64,000 nt of DNA, from the NCBI GenBank assembly GCA_053919585.1, contig CM132783.1. One strand, written 5' to 3'. The stretch comes from Euprymna scolopes (taxonomy: Eukaryota). Numbering within the stretch: position 1 is the stretch's first letter; the number at the start of each line of letters is the position of its first letter. The notes beneath the pieces are model-generated. The model had not been told where the DNA came from. It ran no database searches and worked only from the letters and a program-made list of their open reading frames with translations. This document shows, one piece after another, positions 11,146-23,745 of the stretch. The position numbers and the translations under genes are program-made.

Positions 11146-12580
11146 TCATGCTATAGTCAGGGGGGAAGCAGCCTCACAGTATTGTGTCCCAAAGGCAATC
11201 CTATGAAATAAACTTTTCGCACAGAAGTTTTGTTTAGTTTTCGATAGAAAGAGAAAGGGAGAGATGAAGAGAAGTTTCCTCCATTGCAGGTCTGCATGAA
11301 TGTATTCCACTAAATATGCAGTATATCGCAATGAAAATATTTTCTGTATCACAAATGAGAAGTTTCAATTTAGTTAGCTTTGGCAAATGAAATCCTCAGT
11401 TCATTTCAGCCATTTTGAAAGTCAATAGCTCAACCCTGTGATACTTAAGCTCACATAGAAAATTACAGTTGGTGGCCATCCAAAAATAAATTGATTTCCA
11501 AACATGACCTCTCTTTTAACACTAGTATAATTTCAGGCAAGATTCTAATTTCCATAAATGGAATGCACTTGATAACCTGTGTGCATAAGGTGTTTGAACC
11601 AATTCAGCAGAATTGAATGTGTCAGAATTCCAACTTTCACCTTCTTGTAGAATAGAATTTAAGAGCATAAAGTAAAAGCACAAGAATCTTGATGAGAATT
11701 GAATACAAATCGTTAAAAAGGAAAAGAAAAGTAAAAATGTTCAATAAAGTTTAATTACTGAAATGTTGATAACTTGGTTATTATTGATTAACAACGTAAA
11801 GGAGAGAGAGAGAGGGGGTAGAGAGAGAGAAAGAGGGGGGAGGGCGAGAAAGTTTTAATACAGTGATTAAATCCCTCTTTTTATTACTTTCATTTATCCA
11901 TATAATAAAAAGTGAGCGTATGTGTGCCCGGTTTGTTTCAATAATCACAGACGCAAATTTACTTTTATGGGTAAAGAGGTTTAATCTCATTAATATCTGA
12001 TAATAAAAAAAAAGGAAAATAATTTCCTACGCTTTTAATATAGACACGGGGATATTCCAGTATTATTATTATTAGCTCACAACGAGCTTTTACACAGGTC
12101 CTCAAAGATCTCTCCTCGAAAACAGCCTGTGGTGTTCCCTGGAAGCTAAGTGACAACTAGTCTCCCCAGGTTTCCAGTACTGTCCACCTCTTTCGATAAC
12201 AATTGCAAATAAATTTGTATTATCGCAACAGCTGCTTTCCATTGATTTCTCGTTGGTAGCGGCTATTGGTCTTCACTGGAATTTGAGTGGCAATAAGCCT
12301 CCCCAAGGTCCCAGTTGTCTTCGCACTTACATATAAGTAAAGGACTTATTATTTTACTATCTAATTTACATAAATATTTGTGGCATGTCCAAACACGTGT
12401 AAATTAGATGACAACATTGGAGAAAGAAAAAAAAGTCATCCTTTCTCTAAATGCTCACCTTACGGACCCTTACACCTAGACACAGTGTGCTAAAATTCAT
12501 AATGATCGGTTAATTATCCAGGGAGTGAATCCCATGTATACAATTATGAATTAAAAAAGGGAAATGCGGAAAACCTAAAA

Positions 12581-12623
12581 GCTCAACGTTTTCGCCCACC
12601 GTTTTGCAGGCTTTATCAAGAGC
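12581..12623 (-). ncRNA. Minimal type I hammerhead motif with U3-A8 core
   Basis: Minus: gctc TTGATAA a gcctgc aaaacg gtgggc GAA aacgt T gagc. 4-bp stem I and 6-bp stem II with G-U pairs. Confidence 0.7.
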
Positions 12624-12740
12624 AAAAAAATAAAAGGGTCACATAATGTGAAGATCTTTAATTTTGGAGAATACGTAGATATAGAGTTACAGTAGATTTA
12701 AATTATGTCAAGAGATAAGTTAAACAGATACGTACACACA

Positions 12741-12787
<47 letters not shown>

Positions 12788-12890
12788 ACTACTTCATTTA
12801 TTCACATAAATTTAATATACGAAAGTATAGATTTATGCGTAAACTTTAAGTATTTACTTCAAAAGTGCTCAATACGTAGGTAGAGCTAGT

Positions 12891-13214
12891 TAGTAATTTA
12901 TAAAATATATATGGCGATTAAGCTACACTGAATATTCTGCATTTCATCCAACTATAGGATTCGTCAGGCTTATGCGCGAATTCTGTCGTTGCTTCTTGTT
13001 TTTATATATGTTGAGGATTTCTAGTTGGCCAATCAGCTTTCTAGTATCCACCGCACCCCTTCCTATCAGCCAATGGGCATGCATTTTATCAAAAAAAGGA
13101 TCTGTTTTAGAACTAGGTTAGTGGTTTTAGGTGGCCGTTCTCCTTTCTTTTTTTTTTTTTGGATGAAACGCAGAATATTCAGTGTAGCTTAATCGCCATA
13201 TATATTTTATAAAT

Positions 13215-13219
<5 letters not shown>
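12891..13219. mobile_element. MITE/foldback with 61-bp terminal inverted repeats
   Basis: 12891-12951 and 13159-13219 are reverse complements with one mismatch. No TSD is visible; the right end abuts (TA)n. Confidence 0.85.
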
Positions 13220-13276
<57 letters not shown>

Positions 13277-14084
13277 CTTTATTTATAATGTTTGTATGAA
13301 TAAAGGAATTTATAGTATACTCCTGCTTTATTTGTTATTGAGATATAGACATATCAGACTTTAGAGATTGAATGTGAACTCAAAAACCATTACACTACAT
13401 CATTTTTGGAAATTCCAGAAAAGCCATTTTATTAATAAAAGCAGATAACATTGGCCATATATGTATATTGATTGCATCATCTGTAATCTTTATAAGCACT
13501 GGTATTAATGACATTTAAAAGTACAACACATGGGTCAGCAGAAAAACGATGAAATATTTTTAAAAGACCATAAAGATAGAATTTGCAATTCCTTGTTGAG
13601 TAATTAAATAGTCGTATACAAGCCATGATGGTGAAAATAGGCAGCACAGAGAAATTGATTTGTCATAAATTTATACCCAGATTATAAAATAAAAAGAAAA
13701 TAATACTTGAACAAATGGAACGGGTTCAATTCAAATATAAGCCACTAGCCTTAATTTACATACGAATATTCAACCAAATTAATGAGATTGAACACGCAAC
13801 ACTAACTGAAGTACTTCTAATGCTTCAATCTATGTCCAATCTTTCGTAAAACATTCACAGCAAAAACTCGTCTACCTACAACCACTGTCAATAGTTTCTC
13901 TATTTAAACGGAACAAACCATTTTTTTTAACCCAATCCACAACCGAACCCATATCTAATTCTGCTCTTATGAGGGTTGCAAGTCAATAGTGACTAGCAAC
14001 CAATCAAAACCAAGATAAGAGATTTGTCCATCTAAGCACAATAGAACATCTCACTCTGCTTATATACTGTCTGTTTTCTGATGT

Positions 14085-14386
14085 ATAACTACTCCATACT
14101 TCCGTTCAGTCTTGAAAGACAAAGGATACCCCTTAGGAGCAGTAGCTCGTGTAATTGTGAGGCAAGGGTTGCACAATTCACAACCACACTGCTCCTGAAT
14201 CGGCACGGTTTGAGTCCAGTGGCAAGGAGAACACCAGGATGACTGAAAACAACGCCGAGATAAACAGAGAGCACATACAGCACCTGGAAGTTCCAAATGG
14301 GCACCCATTTAGCACTGTCCAGGTTCAACATTGCTTAACTTCAGTGATCCAGCAGGAACCGGTGTGTCAACGTGATTATGCCGTAT
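14085..14386 (-). mobile_element. 5S rRNA-derived SINE3 family A, full length
   Basis: 5S head (acggcataatcacgttgacacaccggttc..gaagttaagcaa..aatgggtgccc), then a non-5S body ending aagactgaacggaagta that is shared with 33751. Confidence 0.88.
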
Positions 14387-14494
14387 ATCTCTATTAGTTC
14401 TAGCTGAACTAATCAAACAGATAAGTACTGACCACCACATTCAATACTATTGATATTAGCATAATCCTCTACAAGATCTTAATACTCTTTTGCA

Positions 14495-14698
14495 TCACTG
14501 CTAGCTGACTATAATATGGTTGTCTTCAAGTCTAACGTAAACAAGTTCCTGATGAGCTGTTCCACTTGTTAACAAATTTACCGAATTTCCATTACTAACG
14601 ATTACTATATTGTTCAATTTCTACTGTACACTCTTTAACCCTTGTCCTTGAGTGGCCGCTTGGCCTTGATAAGTGGTGATGCTTATGTAAAAAAAAAA
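14495..14698 (+). mobile_element. CR1-group family B 3' fragment with poly(A)
   Basis: gtcttcaagtc.aacgtaaacaagttcctgatga...ccttgataagtggtgatgcttatgt(A)n. Confidence 0.85.
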
Positions 14699-15554
14699 TA
14701 TATATATATATATATAACATATGCCTCCAAAATTAATGTTTCAAAACGGGTAGCAGTGTTTGTTAGCAATGTTTACTCCTTTATATCGGTTGTGTGAACA
14801 TATATACAACTTGACAGAGTCATGGAACCAAAGATTAATAATACAGCATCCAATTCTTACGTGACTCAGCAAAGAATGGTAGTATTCCACCAGAATCCAA
14901 AACTTCTATAGAAATTAATGCCTAAAAATAAGTTGAAATGTCATTCATTCAAATTAAAAAAAAAAAATCTTCATAAATTAATATTACGAGAAAAAATAGT
15001 AAACGTTGAGTTTATTAATTTTTATGGGGGAAGCAGGAACTACTGGATTGACCCAGGCAATAAATACAGTTACATCTAAAATATTTTGGCAGTTATGGCT
15101 ACAGAAATACGACGTGTACTTCTGTAACATAGTTTTGCTTATACGTTTTTGTTAATTATACCACTGTGTCTTTATTACCGCCTGCAAGGTCACAACGCTA
15201 ATGAACAGATGACTATGAAAATTTCTTATTGACATATGCTACCATAAGAAGAAGGTAATGCTAAGGAGAATGATTTGTGTTATCAAATCCAGCTGTTTGA
15301 TTATACCCACTTCCTAACATAAAATACAGCAAACATTAATGTTATTTTTTCCTTTCGTTTCGAAAAACTCAACCATGTTCTGCAAAGTCAGAAACAAAAA
15401 TAAAATTTCCTCTACAAACTAAGCACTATAAATAAATATTTGAAGAAAAAAAGAACTTGAAGCATAAAAACATTTACTAAAATTACTGGATTTAGCATTA
15501 AATAACCTGAAAAGGGTTGGTATGCCGTTAAACAAAACAACGAAACAACTAAAC

Positions 15555-15770
15555 CGGGAGAAAGGTATGACAAGAGAAGAGATTTCACCCCCCCCCTAAA
15601 AAACAAGGAGATAGTAATCCCTGGAAAGAATGTATCATGATCACAGAAGAGATATTGCACCACACCCAATCAAAACGTTGGAGTAATGTCTAGGAGGATG
15701 GTATTATGATAACAGAAAAAAATATTACAATATTAATACTCCTTCTCTGAATTGAGTCTTAAAAGATATG
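15555..15770 (-). repeat. Degenerate ~65-bp U2-motif array, about 3 units
   Basis: Reverse complement of the unit seen at 53858-54951, with the same ctcaattc leader. Confidence 0.55.
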
Positions 15771-16434
15771 TTAGGATTTTCCCAACTACAGACGGTAACA
15801 AAATAATGTGATGATGACAAGAAGAAAGGAACACAACAGAAATTAAGTTGTTGTAAGAAAACTTGTATTGACAGGAAAGAGGGGGAAGAAAGAATGTTTC
15901 TTTGCAAAAAACGTCGCTTTTGCGGAACTTATCTATGATTCGTCCTTTTAACGTTGTTTGTTTCCTGTGGAGTTTGGCCGGGTTAGGGTAAAAAATAAGG
16001 AAGTCTTGAATTTTTTGGTGCTGCAATTGCTGTCGGAACTTTGCCCACGTGTCTGGTATGAATGACGGAGAAGACTGAATAACACGTGTTGTCTTCGAGG
16101 CCTTAATAGGCAAAAGAGAAAGAGAAGTCAAATAATCACTCTCGGGGGTAAGAAGGAATCTAAAAAGGGAGGTCTGTGATTGGTTGTTTTTCATCCAATC
16201 ACAAGGCACCCGGTTAGTGACTCCTTAATAATTCCAATAGATAGTCTAAAATATAACAGTAAACTGAATAGGAATAAAAGATAATAGAATAGGATAGTTT
16301 CTGCTTTGAGCAGACAGATATCGAATCTCCATTAAAAATAGCTTAGTTACAACTCTTGACAAAAAACAAAAGGCATAAAAAAAACTTTTAAGCTTACTAT
16401 TTCCCATCCAATCACGCACGCATACACACGTTAG

Positions 16435-16700
16435 CCGGAAGAGGACAGAAATGGAGAAGGTAACAAAGTATCAAGGTCTCATGTATGATATGAAGAGAAA
16501 CTGAGCTCTTAAAGACATCAACATGTTCACAGTTATAATAGAAAGTAAAGGTATTCCCAGAAAACAAAGTTCAATAGAAATCCAAATAATTGCCCTTAAA
16601 TGGATGACCAAAATCCTTAAAGGAGCACTTGGTTGAAGCCTCTAAGTAGCAGGCGATTATCTGGCATTTCAAAGAATAACCTGCCCCCATGCTAATGGAA
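16435..16700 (+). mobile_element. R4/NeSL-type (RLE) non-LTR element, C-terminal remnant
   Basis: KYQGLMYDMKR...VII...IQIIAL...KILKGALG* resembles the KY.DL..E.K...P(V/I)II...IQK.AL....IL end of RLE domains. Confidence 0.5.
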
Positions 16701-18206
16701 GAAAAAGAAATAAGAGAAATAAAACATGTACTCAAACAAGATACATTTCCTGCTTCTCTCTTTCCCTCACATATGCAAACGTATAAGTGCAGAGAAAACG
16801 TTTTCTCCTCATGTTAAAATTCTAAGAAAAAATTATTTAGACTGAAAGCAAGTAATACAGTAAAACTAGCTACTAAATAAAAAAAAAAATACATATTTCA
16901 GAATAATGGTTCTAAGATCGCCAACAGAAAAAAAAAATGTAACACCTTGTCCATGTAAAGACAGAACGAAATCGAATAGAAAAAAATGCAATAAATTGTC
17001 TATTATAAATACAAGCATTGTAATTGTTCAGCTCTACGAGGATTCAAAATAATGGATAGGAAATGTCCAAAATGTTTTGAAAAGATTTGGATAGTATGAG
17101 AATGGAATATAGTTCTGTGGTAGTTACCACCTCTAAATAAACGGACAATATGGATTTGTCTGGCTTATACATTTTAGTAGATAGGTTGTGAATTTGCCAT
17201 ATTTATTTTATTAGCTACAAATATTAATATTAATTATATTTATTTCAGTTTTTAATTTATATTTTTTTTTATTTGATTGTATTATTAAATTTATAATAGT
17301 TTTTTTTTCTAGTCCACGAATGTACTTATTTTATCTGGCAAGCTGATTTTAAATATAGCATAAATAGATCCGACAATTTTATTCTCTGCTCGCCCGCTGC
17401 ATGTTGTATCCTTTAAAATGACACTAGTCCAACAGCCAAATTATGGCGTGTTACGATGTTTTTTTTTTAAAAATCTTGTTGAATGCAGAGCTGTATTCAA
17501 GCTAAGACGATCCTTAATAGTTATGCATTGAAGACGGGCGCTTTTAGCAAATAAGTTATGAATTTGCGATATTTATTTATTTTTTATTAGATGTAAATGT
17601 TAATATTATATTTATTTCCGTTTTTAATTGATATATTTTTTTTATTGCGTTTTCTTACATGTGTTAAAATTTATTATTGGAATTTGTCAATTCGCAGTTT
17701 GTGATTCACTTGCTATTGCCTCAAAATAAATGCATTCTCTAATTTTGTTTGTCCACGCGTTCTTTTGCAAAATAATTATTCATTCTTTACAAGACACTAT
17801 AAATAGTCATACTATTAAAGCGCCGCCTAGCGTCGAATATGTGTGCAAAAGGGAAAGATAAATTCCATAAAAATAAAGTCGGAAATGACTTGAGGAAAAT
17901 AGCAGAATTGCCGTACGTAAACTTTGCTAACTGAGTTCTTTCTTTATTTCAGTTATTGAGAGAGGAACCTATTGCCATACTTCCCCTAAACATGTCGATT
18001 GAACTTAAATAAATAGAATACTTATTATTACTATTATTAATGGAGAGTAGACAATGCATTGTGGATACATTATCGGCAGCTCTCATAACTCTTGCTTATC
18101 CTCATTTAGAATGAGTAATATTTCTAACAAAAGAAAGAAGAAAAAGCTGTCTATGTATTTATCATAAATTGAACTCATTAATAATGGAACATTAAAATAA
18201 AATGGT

Positions 18207-18278
18207 AAGGTACACCCAGGCTTGAAGAGGGGATGATTCAGTCTGTAGTCAAATGCTCTACCACTAAGCTATATCTCC
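18207..18278 (-). pseudogene. tRNA-Cys-derived pseudogene
   Basis: ggagatatagcttagtggtagagcatttgactacaga...cccctcttcaagcctgggtgtacctt (72 nt) is collinear with tRNA-Cys(GCA). Anticodon is mutated to ACA and the T-arm is damaged. Confidence 0.75.
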
Positions 18279-18982
18279 AGGTTATAATACATCTGTTTCT
18301 TTTCTTTTTTTTTTTTAGGAGAAATGATTTGCTGAAATTTTATTATCTCCCTTGGCCGGGTAACGGAAAATATTTCGCTGTAAAAAATATTCTTTTTATC
18401 TATAAAAGAGATAAGCTATTTTTAAGATCGGACTTTTGCTATTTTCGATACTTATTGGATGGATTTCTGTACAAAATATATCTAAGAACACTGTCAAACA
18501 TATATATTAGCTTTGTGTGAAATTTGTAAAAGATAGGCTGTTATATAATAGTAGATAAGCGTATAAATATATATTTATATGATAGAATAATATATAAAAC
18601 ATAAGGAGGGGGTATATTATTAGCTTGATATAGAAATTTGTATTATTCATCAGTCTGCAAAAAGTGAAAAGACGCAGAAATAGCAAATGTAATATGGAAG
18701 AAAATAGGAAAAATAATACAAACATTTGAGCAGATTGCTATTTATGTATGTAATAATTTAAAACATTCTAAATGAAATTGATTCGCAGAAACTGAATCGT
18801 TGACCATAAAAATAATTGCTACCAATAACATAGATTTTGCTGTAATATATACTAGAAGGAAGACTCGACATTCCCAGTGATTAAATAAGGATCACTATGT
18901 ACTTTTTAACTAAGTTGTTATGAGTTACATTACATTCTTTGCTTTTACTACCCCCTCTTTATGTTTTATCTCTTATATAATA

Positions 18983-19664
18983 CTAGCGGGGGTGTCCGGC
19001 GTTGCCCGGGTGTTTGGAGAAAAAAAAATTGGTAGTAGGCAAGTAGGTACCCGTGGCGTGAAAGCGGAAAATAAAGTGAAAGAAAAGCTGACATCTTATC
19101 GCTACGCTACGACGCGAGAGGAAGTGAAGAACGTTCAAATTTATCGATGGCAATCAAAAAGTTGACTTGAAATGAATAAGTTAATAATCACGCAGGCACA
19201 GAAATGAAGGTTGGCTGCAGGCCAGTTTCTGCTGTATTTTGATTCCCCATGATGTTGGGGAAAATCAGCTCTCTCCTCCAAAAAAGGAGGAGCTCTCCAA
19301 ATGAATAGCAATTGTTTGATATGAAGCGTCCCCCCACATTGATCAAAGCTAATTGCCTTTCTGAAAGCTTGGTGTTTCACTTTGCTTCAATTAGTTTTGC
19401 TTTATTTATACGGCAAAGATGAACAAACACGTGAAAGGACGGAATAGAAGGAATTCTTTAAAAGTCGATCAAAATAAATGTAGAAACGACGTTGGTTCGC
19501 AAATCGTAGATATTATAATCTATTATATTATATATTATAATCTATTATATTATATATTATAATCTAGGAAGTCTAAATAAATGTAACCTCGTCGAGAATC
19601 CCGGTGAAAAAAGGCTTTCCCAGACATACAAAAACATGCGCAGCCGTTTTGCCATATATATAGA
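18983..19664 (-). mobile_element. Non-autonomous Helitron
   Basis: Minus 5' TCTATATATATGG; 3' hairpin ccgggcaacgccgg then CTAG; inserted between A and T. Subterminal sequence shared with 38027-38932. Confidence 0.85.
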
Positions 19665-20814
19665 TTATAATTTGAAGAGATTGAAATGTAAGAAAATTCA
19701 AGAAATTAGTGTCTCAAACATATGATCTAAATTTCATTTTAACTGGATATAATATATTATATTTTTAAATCGCTTCAAACAAGGCATAAAGCCATTTGAT
19801 GTAAGAAGTTAAAAAATACTACTTCAAGGTCAAAAACTAACCAGATAAGTGTGAGATGGACAGATTCCGACTCCATAAACAGCAACTTCCTTCTTTGTCA
19901 AAACATATGGAACATATTACAACAGGACTGCTTCATTGCAGACTACAGCATGGTCGTCTTCAAGTCCATTATGAAGAAATAGTTGCTGCATTGTCCTCTT
20001 AAGCAATCAAATTTCGTCCATTCCTTCCATCGTTTTCAATACTCTCATCATACAACTCATTAACCCTTACACTCAAATGACTTTTGGCTTTTTAAAGTCG
20101 TGGTACATTCATCAGATTTGATTTAATGTCTTTTTTACATGCTGACATGTGTTGGCTTTAAGAAAGTGTCATTCAAACTAATCTATCTCTGCCCAGGTTT
20201 TTATTTATCCCTCTTTCTCTCAAATCCAGCCTTATTAGTCCATCCCATGTTTTCCTTGGCCTTTCTTGGTGGGATGACTTTAATTATTTTACATTTAATA
20301 ACCAATAACATATTGATATAAGTAATAAAAAAGGCAATAATTTATCATCTTAGCAATATTACCCAAAACAAAAAATGGTTATGACATTATTGATGGATAG
20401 AATTTTTCTTTCTAAATGGGTTGAAAATATTATACAATTTCTTTGTAATTGCCAAAATTCTGAATATATACTATTATGGAATAAGATGATTTACCTATTT
20501 ATGGAATAATGGGCTTGCTCAAAGTCTATAAATATAGTAACATCAAACACATTATTGGGTAGCGATTCATAGCAGTTATGGCCCCAGAGTTTTGACGGAT
20601 ACATCTGTAATGTACTTTCGTTTTTTGTTCGTCTTTATTGGCCTGCAAGGCTCCAACATATCTATCTGGTCGGGCTCCTTGCCCAAACCAATATGACTCT
20701 CTCTCTCCAAATTTACCTGTTTTCCATTAGCTGCCTCAGATCTTCGTCACAGTTGACATCATGTGCAATTTGCTAGATTTACGTGGATCTAGGTCGTCCT
20801 ATGTTCATAGCTGA

Positions 20815-21150
20815 CTGACAAACTGAAAAGGCAGTTCTTCAGAGCAGTGGTGAGTTCTGTCCTTGTTTACGATGCTACAACCTAGACACTCATTAAAAGA
20901 GTAGAAAGAAGGCTAGACAGCACATACACTTGTATGTTACGAACAGTGTTAAATATATCTTGGCAAGATCATCTCATCAAGCAGCAACTTTATGGCAACC
21001 TACCTACCATATCTACTATCATCACGAAGCGACATCTACGATTTAACGGTCAATTCCAGAGGAGCAAGCAAGAGCTGGTGAGAAATGTATTGCTGTGGAC
21101 TCCACAGCCTGTGCACATTACAAAAGATACTCATATAAAACCAATGTAGA
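20815..21150 (+). mobile_element. RTE-clade LINE fragment
   Basis: FRAVVSSVLVYDA...MLRTVLNISWQDH..QLYGNLP...RHLRF.G...LLW.P motifs. Confidence 0.8.
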
Positions 21151-21460
21151 ATCGACTTACCTTCTTTGTTTATGGTCGTCCACAGAAATTAAGTTCAATG
21201 ATTTGATTTTCTAAAATAAAAATAAATAAATAAGAAGTCAAAAAGAATGATAATATCAACGGATATAGAAAAATATCAATAAAACTTTATAAAGTTTGTC
21301 TATTTATGAAACAATAAAGGAAAAAATATTATCCTCAGGCAAGATAAAGTTTTCTTATCCCTTTCAGAGTTTCTGTTTATAAAGAGATAACTAAATTGAA
21401 TTGTCAATTTAGACTTGTTTTCTGATAAACGATTTTACATCAGAACTTTAGTGACATTTA

Positions 21461-22629
21461 TTAGGTTGAAGAGAAAGTCCTTGCGGAATTTTGATTTCAA
21501 ATGATATATTTTCAAATAAGTTTTCATTATTTTATATATCATCGTTCTATCCAATCATTTAAATTACAATCGTTTTAAGACAATTGTCTTCTTTATAGAA
21601 CGTTGAATTTTCTTATTTCAATTCAAGCTAGGTAAAAAAGTTGTTGAAACAGTTTGCAAGACCAACAAAGCATTTAGCCCAGAAATCACTACTAAACGCA
21701 CAGCACAATGGTGGTTTAAGAAATTTTGTGGTGGCGACGAGAGTCTTGAAGATGATGAGCATAGTGGTTGGCTATCGGATGTTGACAATCTATTAAGAAG
21801 GTTAGTTGAAACCAATCCCAGCAAAACTGTTTGAAAACTTGCTTCTGAATTAGACGTAACATATCTGACGATTTTAAACCACTTGAGAAAAATTGAAAAA
21901 ACAAAAAAAAAAAAACAAAAAAAAACACTGTTATGAAGTGTCATTTTATCTTCTTTTACACAGCAAGAACGACCTGTTTCTTGACCAGGTTGTAAATTGC
22001 AATGAAAAGTGGGTTCTTTACGACAACCAGCAATGTTCAGTTCAGTGGTTAAATGCCAATGAAGCTCCATGACACTTATTGAAGCCAGAGTTGCACCAAA
22101 AGAAAGTCATGCTGATTGTTTGGTGGTTTCATCCATTACAATCTTTTGAATGCAGGCGAAACTATTATGGTGGAGAAGTACTGTCAACAAATGGATGAAA
22201 TGCATCAGAAACTTCAACAACACCCAGCATTACTCAACAGAAAAGGCCCAATTCTCCTCCACGACAATGCCCAATCGCACGTTGCTAAACCGACCCTGCC
22301 AATGTTGAATTAATTGGGCTCCAAAAGTCTGCCTCATCCGCCATACTCTCCAGACCTCTCACCTACTGACTACCACTTTTTCAAGCATCTCAGCAACTTT
22401 CTGCTTGAGAAATAGTTAAAAACTTCAGCGATATCAAAAATGCCTTCAGTGACTTCACCGCCACCAGAACACAAGATTTTTTATATTAAGGGCATAAATA
22501 CATTTGTTTTGCGTTAGCAAAAGTGTGTTGATTCTGATCGTGCTTATTTCGATAAATTTTTATTTGAGCCAAGATATATTCATCTAAATTTAAAAGTTAA
22601 AAACCGCAAGAACTTTCTTGTTAACTTGA
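21461..22629 (+). mobile_element. Full-length degenerate mariner (DD34D) transposon
   Basis: TIRs ttaggttgaagagaaagtccttgcgg / ccgcaagaactttcttgttaacttga with TA on both sides. Transposase remnants NEKWVLYDN, LLHDNAQSH and HPPYSPDLSPTDYHFF with stops and frameshifts. Confidence 0.92.
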
Positions 22630-22950
22630 TATATTACTCATGGAAATTTAGGTATCTGTCTGTCTGAAGCTAAGACTATACTATTACTGTAATTAATGGA
22701 CTATTGTAACTAATTTTAATGCTAAATATAACATATGATGATTATAAAATTATTCTCATTTTTGGATCAGTTAATACTAAAAAAAGTTAGATTAGTTTTG
22801 TAAATAGCCTTTCTTCAATTAATAGCCTGGATATTGAAGGTCAGGCTATGGAGTTAAAGGTGACTTTACAATGCTTTTATTACACTGGAGGTTATCTGTA
22901 AGTAGAAAAAAAAAACAAATAAATATTTAAAATAAAAATATGTTTATCGG

Positions 22951-23087
22951 AATTTAAAAGTTAAAAACCGCAAGAACTTTCTTGTTAACCTGATATATTA
23001 CTCATGGAGATTTTGGTATCTGTCTGTCTGAAGACAAAACTACACTATTACTGCAATTAATGGACTATTGTAACTAATTTTAATGCT
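22951..23087 (+). repeat. Diverged duplicate of 22587-22723 (mariner right TIR plus flank)
   Basis: Direct alignment at an offset of 364 bp. Confidence 0.9.
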
Positions 23088-23330
23088 CAATTCGAGATGG
23101 GGGCAGGACAGTATAGTACCTGTTCTGTTGTCATGAACCAACGTCCGAAGCATTATTTAAAGGAGTAATGTTTGTTAGTCATGTTATTAACCTCACAGGC
23201 ATTATTTTATAATTTTCTCGAGGGAGGGATAGTATAATATCTATGCTGTGATCTTGATACTATCCTCTCATAATTGCTATCACTCTTTTTGGGAGGAGGA
23301 ATGTAGTATCTGTTCATGTTTCATGAGACG
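23075..23330 (+). repeat. Degenerate ~65-bp U2-motif array, about 4 units
   Basis: aatgctcaattc leader and units containing (g)tagtatctgttc. Interrupted by a CR1 tail, resuming at ~23575 (attacctcctccttgggag). Confidence 0.7.
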
Positions 23331-23570
23331 ATAGAACTGTACGCCTGTGGAACTCTGTTCCGTCTGCCTGCTTCCCACCTGACTACAACCTGTATGTCTT
23401 CAAGTCCAACGTAAACAAATTCCTAATGAACTGCCACCTCAAGTAAACACTTCAATAAATCTCCACACTAACGTACTGTACTTGCAATAACCCTTATCCC
23501 TGAGTAGCTTCCGGGCCTTGATAAGTGGTGACCACCGTGTAAAAAAAAACAAAAAAACAAAAAAAAAAAC
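23331..23570 (+). mobile_element. CR1-group family B 3' fragment
   Basis: RTVRLWNSVPSACFPPDYNLYVFKSNVNKFLMN, then 3' UTR and an A-rich tail. Confidence 0.9.
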
Positions 23571-23698
23571 TCTTAGCCATTACCTCCTCCTTGGGAGTAG
23601 AGTGGCATAGATGAATAAGAAAGTGTCACAATTAGCTGTTCATTACAAAAATCAACACTTACTTATAAATATGTGACCAGAGAAGAATAGCTTTGCTA

Positions 23699-23741
<43 letters not shown>

Positions 23742-23745
<4 letters not shown>

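Noticed and set aside
15890-15945. Hammerhead-like hairpin followed by GAAAC on the minus strand, and the 158-aa ORF 15733-16209
   Set aside because: The core (tagataa) departs too far from CUGANGA; the ORF has no recognisable motifs.
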